This document shows positions 52,507-64,000 of a stretch of 64,000 nucleotides of DNA, in pieces (the first letter of the stretch is position 1; every line of letters starts with the position of its first letter). A model generated the notes under the pieces. That model searched no databases. It was not told the origin of the DNA and saw nothing but the letters and a program-made list of their open reading frames with translations. The position numbers and the translations under genes were made by a program. Origin of the DNA: Geosiphon pyriformis uo1 (lineage: Eukaryota > Fungi > Glomeromycota); contig JAAOMT010000128.1 in assembly GCA_016748015.1 (NCBI GenBank), forward strand, positions 999,538 through 1,063,537, written 5' to 3'.

Positions 52507-53621
52507 GCTAGTTTCAAGGTTAAATTCTTATCCCTGCCCTGGACCAAGGACCATTTCGGAATATTAATCATCTAGATGATTTTCACATTTGATTTTTTAC
52601 AAGAACACTTATAAGTTTTAAATTCTTCGTATAATACTTTGTGCTGTTGCTGAACTTTAGGACTTTGCTGCTTCAGTAAGTGAAATATTCTTTTTTGGAA
52701 TAGTAAGTTTTATAAACTTAACATTATTACTTGCTTGATAGCAAAAACTTAAATTTTCATAAACACATTCAAGATAATAAAAACCTATCTAAAACTTCTA
52801 AAAAATTTTGCATAAAATTAATGGCTGTTGAAATGTGTATTTAAACATAATTTTAATATTAAAGTATAATTATTGTTTTTTATTTTTGTTATTTAAAATA
52901 TTTTTAATTACATATAACAGTATGATCGTTTTTTTAATTTACATTGTTTTTAGTTATAAAATGGCAAAACATAAAAAATTAAATAAGTTATATTTCATTT
53001 TGTTGAATATAAAAATTCGATTAATTTTAAGTTTTAAATAAAAAAATATGCATTTATGTAAATGATTTTTTATGCGAAACCAGATGTATTCCAAATTTTA
53101 TTAATAATTAATTTTTTATACTTGGCTATAATAAATAAAAATAAATAATTATTTATTTATTTATTTTTTTATTGTCTGTTTTTTTAGCACAATCAATTTT
53201 TGTGCAATTTAGTTGTAAATAAAAAAATTTAATATAATTTTAGTATTATTAATTTAATATTATATTATTGTTGTTTAAATGTATTAATTAAATATAATTT
53301 AAATACATAACAAAAAACATTATATATTATGAGCAGCTTATATATTTTTTGCTATTTAAACTTATATTAAATTATTTTAAATTATATATGCTAAAAACTT
53401 ATTTGTTTTATTTTTATTTTATTTAAATATTTAATCAATTTTTTTTATGTTTATTTAAATTTTAATAGCTTTTTTTTATATTTTATATTAATGTTTTTAT
53501 TTTTATAAAAATTAAAAATTAATTAATAATAATTTTATGTAACAAATTATATATTTTATTATTATTTAAAAAATATGTATAATGTTTTTTTCAAATTTTA
53601 TTAAGTTTTTAAGTAATAAAG

Positions 53622-53623
<2 letters not shown>

Positions 53624-53660
<37 letters not shown>

Positions 53661-54040
53661 TAACAAATACAATTTATTTATTACTTATTACAATACAATT
53701 AAAAAAAACTTTAAAATAAATATAATTTATGTTTTTTTTATATGTAACCAACTATTTAAATTAATTAAAACTATATTATGTATTATATACTATTATATTT
53801 ATAATAATATTACAAATTTTAAAATATAAATCAAAAATTAAATTAAAATTAACAATATAATCAAAATTTATTAACAAATTAAAAATAAAATTTTTATTAT
53901 AAATTATATTTTTAAAACAAAATAAGATTAAATTATTAATATTTATTATTATAAATATATTGTTTAATATTAAACTTCTTTTTTTATATTTTGTTTTTAA
54001 TTTAGAGTTTAACAATTAGATATTTTTTATAACTTATAAT
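53624..54040 (-). mobile_element. Heavily eroded LINE 3' end with (TAA)n tail
   Basis: 53660-53780 aligns to the family 3' UTR (ATGTAACCAACTA...). About 12 TAT units at 53624-53660. Confidence 0.65.
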
Positions 54041-54449
54041 TATACTATATATAAAATTAATTATATTTAAATTAAGTTTTTTTTTAAAAAATTTTTAAAT
54101 TAATTTTTAAAAACAAATTTCTTAATTAATATAAAATTAATTAATAATTATAATATTATATAATATTTACAAAATTAATAAATTAAAAAAAATAACATTA
54201 GTTAAAATTATCTATTTTTTTATATCTTTTCTAATAAATAATTTTTTTAATAATAAAATTTAAAAAATATATATATATATATATAATTCTGAAAATTTAG
54301 AAAACTTTATAATAAAAAAAACTTATTATATAGGATTAAGCAAATTAGAAAATAACAAAATTATAAATAATATGTTATTATATTAAATTTGTATAAGAAT
54401 ATTCAATTTAGTAAATTTATTATATTTTTTTCTAATTAATAATATAAGT

Positions 54450-57400
54450 AATAATAATATGCTAAATCTTTTTTTACCAATTATAATTAACTTAAAATCT
54501 GTGGCTATTAATTCTAAAAAAGTAAAAAAAATTTTTGTATTAGTAAAATTATATATATTAAATATTAATATATTAATTGTTCTAAAAAAAGTTTAAATAA
54601 TAAATTAAAAATTGTTAAAAAATTGTTTTATTAAATAGATAATTTAATTAATATTTATCTTTAAATTTGGTTTTAATTAAGCTAAAAAGCTAGTTATTAA
54701 TAAAAAAATTTTAATAAATATTAATCTAAAATAATTTAATTAAAAATTAATTATTACGAAAATTCTGATTAATTTTCTTAAATTAATAATAAAATCAATA
54801 TTAATTAAGTACAACAAAATAAAAACAATCAAATTGTAATTAATTAATCTTTAAAAAAAACACTAATTAAATTTAAAAATATTGATATTACAGTTAATTT
54901 TTATAGAAAAAATTTTGTATATATAATTAAAGTTAATATTAACAAATAAATATAAGATTTAAAAAATCAGTATTGTGTTTTTTTTTATATAATTCTAATT
55001 GGTATTACTATTTATAATTTGTTAAATTTTTTGACATTATATAATAAAAAAATATGTATTATAGTATATAATTTAGTTATTTATATATAAATTTATTATA
55101 TTGTAGTGTATTTTAAATTATTTGATTTTAAAAATACTGTTATTTGCTTAATTCTAGTTTTTAAAGATACAAACTTGTATTAAAATAGTTTAATATTACA
55201 TTTACATACCAATTATAAATAATTTAATTACATTTTAAATAATTATTTATAAAAATTTGTTTAATTATAAAAAAATAATTTTAGTTTTAACAAATAATAT
55301 TTTACATATATATATATATAAACAAGTTTCTATTTTTTATCCAATTTTTTTTAATAATAAAATTTGAATTTTAATAGTTAATAATACAAAACTTACTTTT
55401 TTTTATAATATATTTCATAATAATTCAACTACAAAATATTTTTTAATAATTTTGTTTATAATTTTACAAGAATAACTTTGGTTTTGAATTTTTAATTAAA
55501 AATTTTAAAATATTCTATAGAACTATTTACAAACTAAGTTTTTAAAATTTCATGTAAATTAAATATTTTAAGTTTTTTTTTTAGTATTAAGTATTAAAAA
55601 AATATATCTGCAAATTTTTGTTTTAAATTCAGATATAATTATTAATAAAATATTATCAAATTTTTTAATTGTATCTGATATAATAGATATGTTTTTTCTA
55701 TTATTTATAAATAATTTAAAGATTTTAATAATTAAAATTAATAGTTTAAAAACTAAATTATTGGTTTTAGAAAAATTAGTTAAGACAGTTTTAAACAAAC
55801 TTGATTTTTTTTGTTTAAATAATAATATAATATCTTTTTTTTATCTTTTATAAGTAGATTAATCTAAAAAATACCTATATTTAATATTAAAAATATAAAT
55901 ATTTTTGCCAAATATAATAATATTATTAAATAACATAAAAATTTAAAAAATAATATTTTAATTATTATAAAAATTAAGTTTTATCTTAGTGTTAAGTCTT
56001 GAATTATTAATAAATTTAATAATATAAGAATGTTTATATTTGATTTAAGTATTAAAATTACAATAATTATGAATAATTATTTAACTAAACATATTTTTAA
56101 AGTTTTTAAAATTTCTAACAGACTTTTATTTATTAAATTATTATTTAAAAATAAAAAATTTATTATAGTTTTGGGTTTATATATTAAAGTTACTTTAATA
56201 AAAAAATTGAATTAAGTTTATAATGTTAATTTTATTATGATTAATACTTTAAATACAAGTATATTTGTGGTTTTAAGTAAAGATTTTAATGAAAATAATT
56301 TTGGTTACAATATTAGGTTTAAAAAAATTTTGAATTTAAATTTATTTAATTTGTTTAATAATTTTAGTTTATATAAATTGCTAATATAATCCAACTTTGA
56401 AAATATAAAAAAGTATATAGACTTTATTTTAATTAATAATAAGTTTTAAAATTTGGTTTTTAATTAACAAAATTATTATCTTAAAGAATTTTTTATTATA
56501 AATTATTTGATATTGTTAATAAATATTGGCTTAAAAAATTTTTGGATTTTTAAATTAATTTTATGTACAAACAAATCAACAGAAATAAATAAAAGTACAA
56601 AGTTAATAATATTAATAAAGAAGTATAAAAAAAATTTAACAGTTTGTTTTTAGATATTGTTTTGTAAATTATAAATATTTTTAAAATTAATAAGAAAAAT
56701 TTGATTTTAATAAAATATAAGTAATATTTAATAAGATTCTGTATAGTATAATTAATATTAAATTGTTTAAAGTATGATTTTAGAATAAAAATTTAATTAA
56801 AAATACTGTATTTTTTAAATTTTATAAGTTAGAATTGCTTATTATTAAAATTTTAATATTGTTTAAGTTAGATAATTTAGAAAGATTTGAAATTCTAGTA
56901 AATAAGTAAATTAAATTTAATTTAAATTTGGCTATAATTTTTTAAAGATTCTTAAGTACTGATTTTAATAATAATAAAGTTAACCAATTTTTAATCTATT
57001 CAAAGAAAACTTATAAGTTTTATAAAATATGTAAATCTAAAATTAATAAGGATTTGTATATTTAAAAAACTATTATCAATTACATAAAGATTTTTGCTAA
57101 TAATAAAAAATCTATAATCAATAATATTTTAAAGCAACTTTTTAAAAAAATTATCTTGAATTATTTGGTTAATAATAAAAAACTGGTTTTAAATTCCAAT
57201 AAAATTAAGAACAAAATAAATTTGCTAATAGAAAATTAAATTAAAAAGTATATTATTAAAGATATAATCTCTTTTTATTGACAAAAACAGTTTGTTTTTT
57301 TGAATTATATTAAATATAATAATAAATTTTTTGATATTATAAAATAAATTTATCTTGATAAGTTTCTGTTAATTATTAAGAATTTTCTTGAAAAAAAAGT

Positions 57401-58562
57401 GCTAATCTATTTGAACTTACTAATAAAATATAAAAACATTGTAATAAATTTGGTTTAATTTGGCTTTTAAATTTATTAAATATATATTTATTAAAAAAAA
57501 CAGTTTTTAATGCTTGAGAAAAACTTAAATTTTAATAATTTCAAAGTTATATAAGTAAAAAAGTGTATTAACAAATATTAAGTCAATTGTTTTAATTAAA
57601 ACTACAAGAAAAATTTTGTTAAAAGTTTTTTATATTGGATTTTTACAGTTTATAGCAAGTTTAATGTTTTAAAACAAACAATTTTTTAGTATTAAAAAGT
57701 ATTTTATCTTAATTTTTTATTTTTACTATTAGATTTATTGTTAAAAATACTTTAAAAAAAAGCAAAAAGTTATAGTTGGTTCTTTAAAATATGTATAAGA
57801 TTTATAATTTTATAGATTAATTATATTTATATAATAGTTTAAAAAAAATTAAAATATACAACAGATTTATTAGGTTTTTTAAATATATTTACAATAATTA
57901 CATAAATAAAATTATAACAGACTTTAGATTAACAAAAAACTATAAGGTTTATAAAAATTTGAATCAAAGTAAAGTGTTTTTTTTTTTTTAGAGAATTTTT
58001 TATGTTTTTTTTTTGTGTTAAGTTAAAAAATATAAATTTTTTTATAAATATTGAATAAATATTAAATTTATTATAAAAATTAGCAAAATCAAATTTAATA
58101 TAAGATTAATTTTCTATTTGACTATTAATTACACAGAATATTTTAAATATTGTTAATAAATTTTTTGATTTTATTGATATTTTAATTGATACAAATAAAA
58201 TAGTAGTTATTTTAATCAATTTACAAATTGAAAAATTTTTTTGTATATAAATAAATCTTCTATTACAATTATAAAAAATAATAAATCTTATTAATATCTA
58301 AGTATTTTTTATTAATAGTAGATTTTTTTAGTTTTAGTCTAAAAAAAATTATATGTAAAGTTTTTTTTATTTATGATATTATGCAAAGTTATTTTTAATA
58401 AGTAGTTTATGTATTTAGTTTTGGTTATATTATAGTTTATTATTAAATACAAAACTTAATTCAGTTTATTTATAAAAATACATATAAAAAATAAAATTGT
58501 TTAATTAAAAAAAAGTTGAAATATAAGTCTAATTTGTCCAATAATTTTCAAAATAAGGCTGT
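54450..58562 (+). mobile_element. Heavily AT-eroded LINE (ORF1, EN, RT), cut by Gypsy A at 58562
   Basis: Colinear with ORF2 of 26160-32940 (e.g. ISNRLLFIKLLFKNKKFIIVLGLY; RT region 57600-58500) with most C/G lost. Confidence 0.8.
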
Positions 58563-61500
58563 TGTTATTCATAGAAATTAAGAATTATAATAAGTAAATA
58601 AAATAGCCAATCAAAAATAAGCATAGTAAAAAAAGAAATTCCAGAATTTTTTTTGAAAAATTACAGAATTTTAGAATTTTAGAATTTTAGGATTTCTTGC
58701 AAAAAAATTAAAAAATTTTAAGAAATTTTATATAATATGAATTATGTATATATAATAAGAATATTAGAAGCAAAAAAGACAATTTAGTTTAAAATAACAA
58801 TATTTTTTTATTAAAAAATAGTTTTCTATAACTTGAAGTGGAATTAAATTTATATTAATAAAACATCTATTATTATCTAAATTAATGTTATTATTACTTA
58901 ATTAAAAAAATATTAATCCATTTCACACTATTAACACTCCATGTTGATAAAATTTAATATTTAACTATATTAAATCAATAGCTTTTGATTATGACTATTG
59001 ACAAAATACTAATTTTTTATTTTTTATTTTTTATTTTTTTTGTTGTTTATTAATTAATTAAAGATATTAAGTACTGTTACTTATAGAAAAATAGATTAAT
59101 AGGAGAATAGGACTTAGTAAGTAAGCACAATATTAGAAAATTATGACACATTACTTAGCAATAAATACATTGTTAGTAAATTATGACACACTGCTCAGCA
59201 ATAAATATATTGTTAAAAAATTATAACATATTACTTAGCAATGAGCATATTGTCAAAGAAAATAAGGCATATTGCTCAAAAAAATACAAAATTTCATAAT
59301 AACATAAATTATATATATATAGCAAAAATATTAAAAACAGAAAAAATAATTCCAAAAAAATTCAATAGAAGTTCCAAATTAATTTAGAACAATAGCTTTT
59401 TTTCAAAAAATAGTTTTCTATGACTTGAAGTGAAATCATTTTCATATTAATAAAATTATTTATTATTATTGAATTCATGTTATTATTACTTGATTAAGAA
59501 TATTAATTACTTTTATTACTATTAACACTTCATATTAATAAAATTCAACACTTAACTACATTAGAACAATAGCTTTTAATTATGATTATTAATAGAATAC
59601 TAACTTTTTTATTTTTTTTTATTTTCTTTTGTTTTATTTTTTTGTTGTTTACTAATTAATTAAAAAAATTAAGCATTGAATTATTAACATTAAAAAGAAC
59701 TGGTAAAAAACTCATAAAACAAAAATAAAAACTCGGAAATTAAGGATAACTTACCAGAAAAAACTAGTTATTAAGCTGAGAAAAAAATTTATAAAATAAG
59801 CTTTTAGAAAGATATTGAAATAACCATTAAATCTCTGTTCATTATACAAAAAATTTAACCAAAACTTTCAGATCATGAAAATTTTCAAATTTACCAACAT
59901 TATCAAGCTATTAATCACCAAATTATGAATTTGTTATTTGTACTAACACTCCAAATAATCACTTATAACAATACTAAGTAATTAATATTAAAAATAGCCT
60001 AGTAAAAAATCTAGAAACAAGAATAAAAAATTTAAGAATAATTTATCAAAAGAGCATAACTGTCAAAATAAACTGGCTATCATACTGAAGAAAAAAATTT
60101 ACAGAAAAAACCATTAATTAAATCTCTGCTTATTATACAAAAAACTTAACAAAAATCTTTAGACTTTAAAATCTTCAAAAATTACCAAAATTCCCAGCTA
60201 TTGAGCACTAAATTATAGATTTGTTATTTGTTTCAACATTCCAAATAATTATTTGTAATATTTGGTGCTTTTTGTAAGATATAATCTAACAGAAAACTAG
60301 CACTAACAATAATTATTCAGAAAAGTAACAGAATCAGAAGTAACAAAAACAAATTATTTAGGATTTGCCAAATCTTTATTCACTATTACCAAATTTATTT
60401 CAGACTAACAAATAATCATTGGCCAGCAGATTCAGTTTTTAATTTCTATGTTAATAAAAAAATTACATCATACTTGGAAAATCAAGAAGATTTAAAAGTT
60501 ATTTTTAACAATTTTTATAGTGAATTACTCCAAAGCACCATGTTTTCACATAATTATTTGTTTGCTTCACTAATCACAAAAATAAATTAAGAAATTGAGA
60601 ATTATACCCAACAAAAATTTTCTATTATCTTTGCAGACAAAAATAAAAAAAAGTTACAAACTCCAGCAAAAACACCAAAAAAAATACAACTACTTATTTG
60701 AAAGAAACCAAAAGTCATTTTACCTATTTATCTATTATACTATTATATACCAGAAAGTACTATTCATATATCATCTAAATCCACATTACCATAAATTACA
60801 AAAACACTATTATTCAGAGTATTATTTTAAAATAATTAAAAAAAAACCAAATTATTAGAAACTTATAGCAATTTTTTTAAAGAATTTAAATTATGACCAA
60901 CAACTCTATTAAAACTTTAATTACTGTCACTTCAACCAAATTTCAGATCTACCAGTTATTAAGAAGATACTAAATTAGAAGAAAAAAAAAACAATAATTA
61001 GAAAAATAACAATTAAAATTTAATCTTAAATAATCTGAAAGTTCAAACTCTAATTGTTTAAACTTAGCAAAACCTGAACAATCTAAACTCAGTTCTTGTT
61101 TTTTCAGAAAACTTATCTCTAGTTATTTTAATTAATTAACTGCCAGTAGCACTAATTACTGTTTAGTAATAATCACAACAATAATTATTACTCACATTAA
61201 TAATATATAACCAATCACAAAACTTGAAAATTTTATTAGCAAAAAAGACAACATCTAAGTATGGATAAATAATATAACAAAAACTATTGCAGCCAACAGA
61301 TAAAATAATGTCAAAGCACTTTAAGCTATATTATACTTTTTCAGAATACTATTAACTTATAGTATTAAAACTTAATTAACAAATTACAAATCTTTAATGC
61401 ATTTAAAACTGTATTTCTATAATATTTTAGTAATTACAACAGTATTAATTAGTTATTAACTAGCTTTACTACTATCAAACAAAATAATACTAAAATAGTT

Positions 61501-64000
61501 ACCACATATCTGAAACATTTTTATCAAAATCTGTATTAAATTCAAACAATTAAAGCTGATTACTTTACAATACTACAGATTTTAAATCAATTTATTTATG
61601 AATTATACAGCAGCTTGTTACAATAAATATGTTTAATATACTCAAATACTCTTCAAGATACAATTATATATGCCAGAAATTTTGAATCAGCTAAACTTAA
61701 AGCCAATCATGCACAAGCTGTAAATTTAGTTATAAACAGATCATTTGAATTAAATTTTAAGCTAAAACAATTTAGTAATTTTATTAACCAGAAATTAGAA
61801 AGATATTTAATTAACAATTAAGCCATATATTAGCTTTCTTAATATTACAACAATTCAGAAAATTCCAGTCAATTTTAAAATCAGCTGTGTCTATTATTAT
61901 TATTATTAAATTAATTATGGCAACAAAAAATATGTAATTGCTACTACTGTAATAAACAAGACTATTTAAAAGCAAATTACCATTCTAGGTCTAATAATTC
62001 ACCAATATAAAAGTCCTAATTGCAGATTTTAAACCAGAATTATACCAATAATTTGTTATTAGAATTATATCAATTCTATTATGTACTAATAACAAAACAA
62101 TTTATATATATATCTTTAATATATTAAACTTCAATATTAATAATCTATCAATTACAGCCACAAATAATTTATTAAACCCAAAAAATTCAAATATTACTTC
62201 AATATATTGTGCCAATATCAACTAGAAACCAAAGACCAAGAATTATGCACACCCAACAAAACTGGAAATTAACAATAATAATATATTAATTGATTTTCAG
62301 TTTATCAAATTAGCTATTAGAATTATGCCAACAGAGTTCAGAAAGTGAGTACATCTAAAATCTAAATTCCAAAACTATTTAAGTCTATTAGTAATTCCAA
62401 AAATTACAATATTTAAATCACTAAAAACCAACTTAATACTACTTATTAACAATATTTCACTAGCAATTATCATAAAAAACAAATTACTAACCACTATTTT
62501 TTCATTTGAGTTGAAAGACTAATCAGAAATTTCATTATTCAATGAAGTTATTTTTGATACTAAACCAATTACTGCCATGTATACTAATGTCAAAATTAAT
62601 GACCACTCTATTAAACTAATTCTTAATAATAGTTTAACAGACAACATTATTACATAACAACTTATAAATCAAATAGATTGCCAAGTTGATTGTACTGCTA
62701 GTATTAGAATTATTACTATTAATAGAGCTTCTAAGACTCTTATTAGTAAAATCAATAACTTTTCTTTTAAAGTCAATGGCATTATCATACTTATTAAAGT
62801 TATCATAGAAGCCATATAATATTAAATTTTTATTAGTAATAACTAGCTGTCTAAGACCAATATTATATTTAACTAAAATACCCAAAAGCTATAGTTTGGT
62901 CAAAATGGTCAACATATTTAAGTACCAGCTATCTGTGATTACTTTAAAACAATTTTATTCCAATTACTGATAGAATTTAAGAAAAAACAAACAAATCTAT
63001 CTGAAAAGTCTATTAAGTTTTATGGACTAATAATGATTACAATAAGCTATTACCAATCCTCTCTTAGGATAAAAAGAAAAAAAAAAGGAAAACAAGTTTT
63101 AAAACATTACTATCACAAAGAAACATTCAATAATTGGCATGTATCTTATTTATTAACACCAAAAAAAAACCACATTATATCTTACTTATATGTATTGATT
63201 ATAACAAAAAGCTTTTATTTATAAGAGCTTGAATTTTTTTAGAAAAAAACCACAAAACATATATTTGTTATTATTGCAAACCATGCCACAAAAAATGTTT
63301 TAAGTATTTAAAATAACAAAAAAAGTAGAACAACAAACCATGTTTTGCTTGTAAGAAAATCTTATTTAATAAAAAAATATGAAATAATATTCTTGGATAA
63401 AAAAGAATGTGTAATATATTATGTCAATACACAATTTTTATTAACAACTGGATAAGCAAAAAAATATCTTTTAATATTATATGGAACAGAGCTTTTTTAT
63501 GCTTAAATAATTATTTACATAATAAAAACAAGATCTGAAAAATGATAAGTACTAAAGTTAAAGACATTTTATCTAATAAAATATTAGCAATTAAAAACAA
63601 CCCACCAGAATTTGTTAAAACTATTTTCATTCCAAACCCAATATCTTTGTTAATATTTTAAGCAATTCAAAACAATTTTATGAATATTACTAAGATTTAA
63701 CACTTACTTAAAAAGAGCAAAAGCAGTATTTAAAATAATTAAATATTAGACTCTATAAATATTGCCTAATTTTTAATGACTTTGAATATTATAATAATTG
63801 TGATCTCATTTATAATCTACTATCATACATAATTTATTTAATTCCTAAAGAGAAAAAACCAATCAGCAGTTGTACTTCAAAATTAAAATTAAAATTTAAT
63901 TCTAATTTAAACTCTAATAATGATAACAACAATGTTTTTAATTTTGTTTACAATAATAATAACAATAACAATAATTTAAATTTTAATGAAAACTTTAAAC
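58563..64000 (+). mobile_element. Gypsy A copy (5' LTR, PBS, gag, protease, Cys-rich region), running off the right edge
   Basis: LTR 58563-59074 plus 59975-60260, PBS TGGTGCTTTTTGTAAGAT at 60263. Colinear with the reverse complement of 5294-1290. Confidence 0.9.
59075..59970 (+). repeat. Solo LTR-A inserted inside another LTR-A
   Basis: TGTTAC...ATAACA ends. TSD GTAC (59071-59074) / ATAC (59971-59974). ~37-bp tandem units at 59140-59280. Confidence 0.85.

Noticed and set aside
52800-58560. Organellar insertion, endosymbiont DNA or alternative genetic code in very AT-rich DNA
   Set aside because: Most of it aligns colinearly with the LINE family. Stops are TGG>TAG/TAA and CAR>TAR products.
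59140-59280. CRISPR-like ~37-bp repeats
   Set aside because: Degenerate contiguous tandem units inside an LTR, with no spacers or cas genes, in eukaryotic DNA.

Overview
Eukaryotic, intron-containing fungal DNA. By inference from the retroelement proteins, gene structure and a probable minor-spliceosome intron, it is most likely an early-diverging fungus such as a Glomeromycotina member. A compact CpG-rich gene island (~42.2-52.5 kb) holds two tandem MATE transporters, ALG6, a ~1 kb ORF-poor and possibly structured transcript, and a membrane-anchored PHP-domain protein. The island is flanked by nested, dead retroelements. These are two Ty3/Gypsy families (family A with a Cys-rich module plus dUTPase, family B with an extra ORF3) and at least eight pieces of an RNase H-bearing L1-like LINE family. 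TSDs let much of the nesting order be reconstructed. The repeats carry an almost pure C>T/G>A mutation load, including many non-CpG sites, which is heaviest in the oldest layers and spares the genes and a 100-bp insertion. This suggests a RIP-like or methylation-driven genome-defence mutator. All alignments were done by eye, and boundaries in the very AT-rich relics are approximate.
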